Source of the DNA: a virus
Lineage: Duplodnaviria; Caudoviricetes
Length of the DNA: 26,032 bases
Reading direction: 5' to 3' (one strand)
Virus record (IMG/VR): IMGVR_UViG_3300042380_000133
Coordinates: 1 to 26,032 of that record
Positions within the stretch are counted from its first letter, which is position 1. Each line of letters opens with the position of its first letter. The notes under the pieces were generated by a model. It was not told the origin of the DNA and searched no databases. It saw only the letters and a program-made list of their open reading frames with translations. The position numbers and the translations under genes were made by a program. Positions 24,037 through 26,032 of the stretch are shown here, piece after piece.

Positions 24037-24159
24037 TTGCCGTCCTCCCTGAAGCAGTCCCAGCCGCGCTCCCGCGCATACTCATTCGCGGTCTGCGCTC
24101 CAAGACAAACGCTAGGACGCAGACACGACACCTCACGCCGCGCCTCGTCGCGCTCGGCG
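23848..24159. repeat. 25-bp perfect direct repeat at 23848-23872 and 24135-24159
   Basis: acgccgcgcctcgtcgcgctcggcg occurs at both positions, encoding the AERDEARR core. A companion 16/17-bp repeat tgaagca(a/g)tcccagccg lies at 23781-23797 and 24050-24066. Confidence 0.9.
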
Positions 24160-24281
24160 CGCAGCCGCTCGATCTCGTCGGCGGCATCGCGTAGTTCAGG
24201 AAGCAACTCGACGGGGTACGGTCGGTCACGCTTGGATATTTCCTTACGCAGCCGCGTCACGATGTCATCAGGAGCGGTCAC
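24033..24281 (-). CDS. Hypothetical protein, 82 aa, paralogue 1 (DDIVTRLR...AADEIERLRAERDEARR...GWDCF)
   Basis: Start moved to GTG 24281 (GTGA overlap with the upstream stop). DIV.RLR...AADEIERLR is a motif I recall from small phage proteins. Confidence 0.7.
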   Translation of the reverse strand: MTAPDDIVTRLRKEISKRDRPYPVELLPELRDAADEIERLRAERDEARREVSCLRPSVCLGAQTANEYARERGWDCFREDGK

Positions 24282-24415
24282 TTCTTCCGCCCCCAGTTGG
24301 ACTTCATCTGCGAGTACGCCTTGTCGCTGACCGTGGTCTTCGACTTCGGGCGCGATGTCCCTGCGGCCTTGCGCTTGTTGATGTTGTGGAGCAAGCCCTT
24401 CTTCGCCACGCTCAT
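24278..24415 (-). CDS. Small basic protein, about 45 aa (MSVAKKGLLHNINKRKAAGTSRPKSKTTVSDKAYSQMKSNWGRKK)
   Basis: ATGA overlap with the HTH gene stop. KKGL..NIN.RK.AGTSRPKSK.T.S.KAY..MK resembles a recurrent small phage protein type. Confidence 0.65.
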   Translation of the reverse strand: MSVAKKGLLHNINKRKAAGTSRPKSKTTVSDKAYSQMKSNWGRKK

Positions 24416-24606
24416 CCATCCTTTCGGCATGTCGCTTCCTTCGGGTATCCGTGCCTCTGCATGAACTCCACGAGGTCGGCCTCCATGATGCGCCGATGCA
24501 GGCTGCCGGGAAGGCGGCAGCACCGCAACTTGCCCCGGTCGCACAGGCGCATCACATACTCCGGCGAGCATCCGATGCGCTTCGCCGCCTGCCCCGTCGT
24601 GAGCAT
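24412..24606 (-). CDS. Excisionase/HTH_17 (MerR-like) DNA-binding protein, about 64 aa
   Basis: MLTTGQAAKRIGCSPEYVMRLCDRGKLRCCRLPGSLHRRIMEADLVEFM is a typical HTH_17 pattern. An alternative start is at 24627. Confidence 0.8.
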   Translation of the reverse strand: MLTTGQAAKRIGCSPEYVMRLCDRGKLRCCRLPGSLHRRIMEADLVEFMQRHGYPKEATCRKDG

Positions 24607-24614
24607 CCTGCGAC

Positions 24615-24866
24615 TCAGCACTTCCATTTGCGGAGAGCCTTGTTGATTCGCGAGTTCGGATCGCGGGCAGTCTTCGCGCTCGTCAACTTCTTCTTCATGC
24701 CGCTCATCCGGGCGCAGAACGAGTCGCGACGGCTACCACCCTCCGGCTGCGGACGCTTGAGGTCGCCTCCGGTCGCGCGGTTGTACGCGCGCCGTCCCTC
24801 CTCGCTGAGTCCGCCGCTCGGGTTCTTGTGCCGCGACTTGAAGTCGAACCGCTTACGAGCAGCCAC
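24615..24866 (-). CDS. Conserved basic phage protein (DUF6321-like, from memory), about 83 aa
   Basis: KNPSGGLSEEGRRAYNRATGGDLKRP...RRDSFCARMSGMKKKLTSAKTARDPNSRINKALRKWKC. The SFCARM...W.C signature is recognisable; start is GTG 24866 or 24875. Confidence 0.75.
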   Translation of the reverse strand: MAARKRFDFKSRHKNPSGGLSEEGRRAYNRATGGDLKRPQPEGGSRRDSFCARMSGMKKKLTSAKTARDPNSRINKALRKWKC

Positions 24867-24897
24867 ACTTGCCACCCTTCTTGGGACGCTTCTTCAT
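24853..24897 (-). CDS. Possible 14-aa basic peptide MKKRPKKGGKCGCS
   Basis: ATGA overlap with the upstream stop, same AAG/GGC codon style as its neighbours, and it bridges into the next gene start. Confidence 0.35.
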   Translation of the reverse strand: MKKRPKKGGKCGCS

Positions 24898-25064
24898 CGG
24901 TAGCCGCCCTTCTTGCCGCCACCCTTCGCGCCACCCTTGCCGCCACCCTTCGCGCCGCCCTTCGCGCCGCCGTTGCCCTTGCGGGATCCAGCAGCGCCAG
25001 CGCCACGGGCCATCATGTCGAACGCATTGCCACGCATGGGCTTCTTCTTGCCGTAGTTCATCAT
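24894..25064 (-). CDS. Gly/Lys-rich basic peptide, 56 aa (MMNYGKKKPMRGNAFDMMARGAGAAGSRKGNGGAKGGAKGGGKGGAKGGGKKGGYR)
   Basis: ATGA overlap with the terminase stop and GAGGTG RBS. Degenerate 12-bp tandem repeats (about 24903-24980) encode KGG(A/G) units. Confidence 0.7.
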   Translation of the reverse strand: MMNYGKKKPMRGNAFDMMARGAGAAGSRKGNGGAKGGAKGGGKGGAKGGGKKGGYR

Positions 25065-26032
25065 CGGAACACCTCGTCGTGCCGCAACAGGACGCCGAGC
25101 GCCGTCTCAGGCAGGGCAGGCTCCGGACGCTCCGGTCCTACACCCTCCTCGCACAGCATCAACGCTCCTGCGCAGGCAATCACACGGTCGCCGTGGGACT
25201 CGCGCGCTCCGGACGACATGTCGCGAACGCTCGCCGCCTCGATCGATCCGTCCTCAAGGATCACATAATCCAACATCTCCCGCAAGGTTTCCTCGCTGGG
25301 AATCCGAACATTCCCCTGACTGATCGACCGGGACAGGTTCCCCAGCAGCGTCCGCTTCGCCCGCCTGCTGCTGTTCCATCCGATGCGCACCGTCAGGCGC
25401 TCCGTCGTCGTACCAACCATCCGCTGGCGGTACACCGACGAGTACCCGATCCGCTGGAAGTCGTGGTGCATCGCCGCACCGGGACCGTTCACCTCCCACC
25501 CGATCAGGGGAAGACGCCGCCCTCGGTACACCGTCATCGCCACCTCCACCATCTCCTGCGCCAAGTCGTGCGGCGGCACATTCGGATCCGCAAACTCCGC
25601 CACCACCTCGCGAGTCTCCGCGTCCATCACGCACACCGCAGCATTCGCAGACCCCGTCCCGTACGACGGATCCGCAAACAGCACATACTCCCGGTCCACA
25701 TCCCCGTGCCGGAACACCCGCCAGCGACCATTCGGGTCCGCCACGAACCGACCGCGCAGCAACTCGCAACGCTCACCCGGCATCGCGTACTCGTTCATGT
25801 GCGCCGTCACCACACCCGGCGTGAAGAAGTTCGAACCGCTGCCGACCTCCGTCGCAAACACATTCTGCGCCATGTCCACCGTGTCGCGGCGCCTCATCTG
25901 CTCGCCAAGCCACGGCGTCCACACATACTCAGATCCCGCCGTACCCGTCACCCGGCCGTCCACATCCACCCGAGTCTCCGCACCCATCCCCTTCAGCGGA
26001 TGCTCCGTGTACAGCAACTCCACTAGCCTCGG
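25061..26032 (-). CDS. terL: Terminase large subunit, C-terminal RNase H-like nuclease domain (5' partial)
   Basis: Frame is open to the right edge (PRLVELLYTEHP...). Nuclease motifs YVLFADPSYGTGS, IGWEVNGPG, GWNSSRRAK, SHGDRVIA. Upstream of the portal gene. Confidence 0.9.
   Translation of the reverse strand, partial: PRLVELLYTEHPLKGMGAETRVDVDGRVTGTAGSEYVWTPWLGEQMRRRDTVDMAQNVFATEVGSGSNFFTPGVVTAHMNEYAMPGERCELLRGRFVADPNGRWRVFRHGDVDREYVLFADPSYGTGSANAAVCVMDAETREVVAEFADPNVPPHDLAQEMVEVAMTVYRGRRLPLIGWEVNGPGAAMHHDFQRIGYSSVYRQRMVGTTTERLTVRIGWNSSRRAKRTLLGNLSRSISQGNVRIPSEETLREMLDYVILEDGSIEAASVRDMSSGARESHGDRVIACAGALMLCEEGVGPERPEPALPETALGVLLRHDEVFR

Noticed and set aside
23781-24159. CRISPR array or att sites from the 25-bp direct repeat
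   Set aside because: Only two copies, 287 bp apart, both in frame within paralogous coding sequence, with no cas or integrase gene.
24412-24627. Integration/excision module implied by the excisionase-like HTH
   Set aside because: There is no integrase, att site or host gene in the window, so prophage status cannot be determined.
10856-26026. Plus-strand ORFs opposite structural genes (e.g. 15636-16697, 19012-20604, 22382-23566, 24869-26026)
   Set aside because: Each fully overlaps well-supported minus-strand phage genes and has no protein-like features.
26021-26032. Terminase start at GTG 26023, or a recoded stop from the 'tag' at 26024-26026
   Set aside because: On the coding strand that triplet is CTA (Leu) and the frame stays open to the edge. 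The ATPase domain lies outside the window, and I found no sign of stop-codon reassignment.
1-26032. tRNA, rRNA or other structured RNA genes
   Set aside because: The window is almost entirely coding, the longest intergenic gap is about 54 nt, and I recognised no cloverleaf or rRNA-like sequence.

Overview
The window is the virion-morphogenesis module of a GC-rich tailed phage or prophage with podovirus-like (P22/T7-style) organisation. All supportable genes lie on the minus strand. In transcription order (high to low coordinates): the 3' part of the large terminase; a chain of ten small translationally coupled ORFs (basic peptides, an HTH_17 protein, two paralogues, an HNH protein); portal; FmdB-like protein; scaffold; major capsid protein; decoration protein; a GC hairpin; head-tail adaptor; a lysis cassette (holin-like genes and an overlapping spanin-like pair, no endolysin seen); a tail fibre with an Mtd_N-like start; a nozzle-like protein; and three putative ejection proteins. 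The main finding is missing from the ORF track: one uninterrupted minus-strand ORF from 10538 running off the left edge (at least 3512 codons). Manual translation indicates a large polyvalent, probably virion-injected protein. It carries an HExxH zincin-like domain, an HDxxGH metal-binding domain, two different ADP-ribosyltransferase-like domains, and a helix-hairpin-helix DNA glycosylase-like domain with EndoIII-type K..D spacing. Its modules are joined by a recurring (M/L)x(Y/M)S(L/Q/M)R linker. All family calls come from motif recognition by eye; no searches were run.
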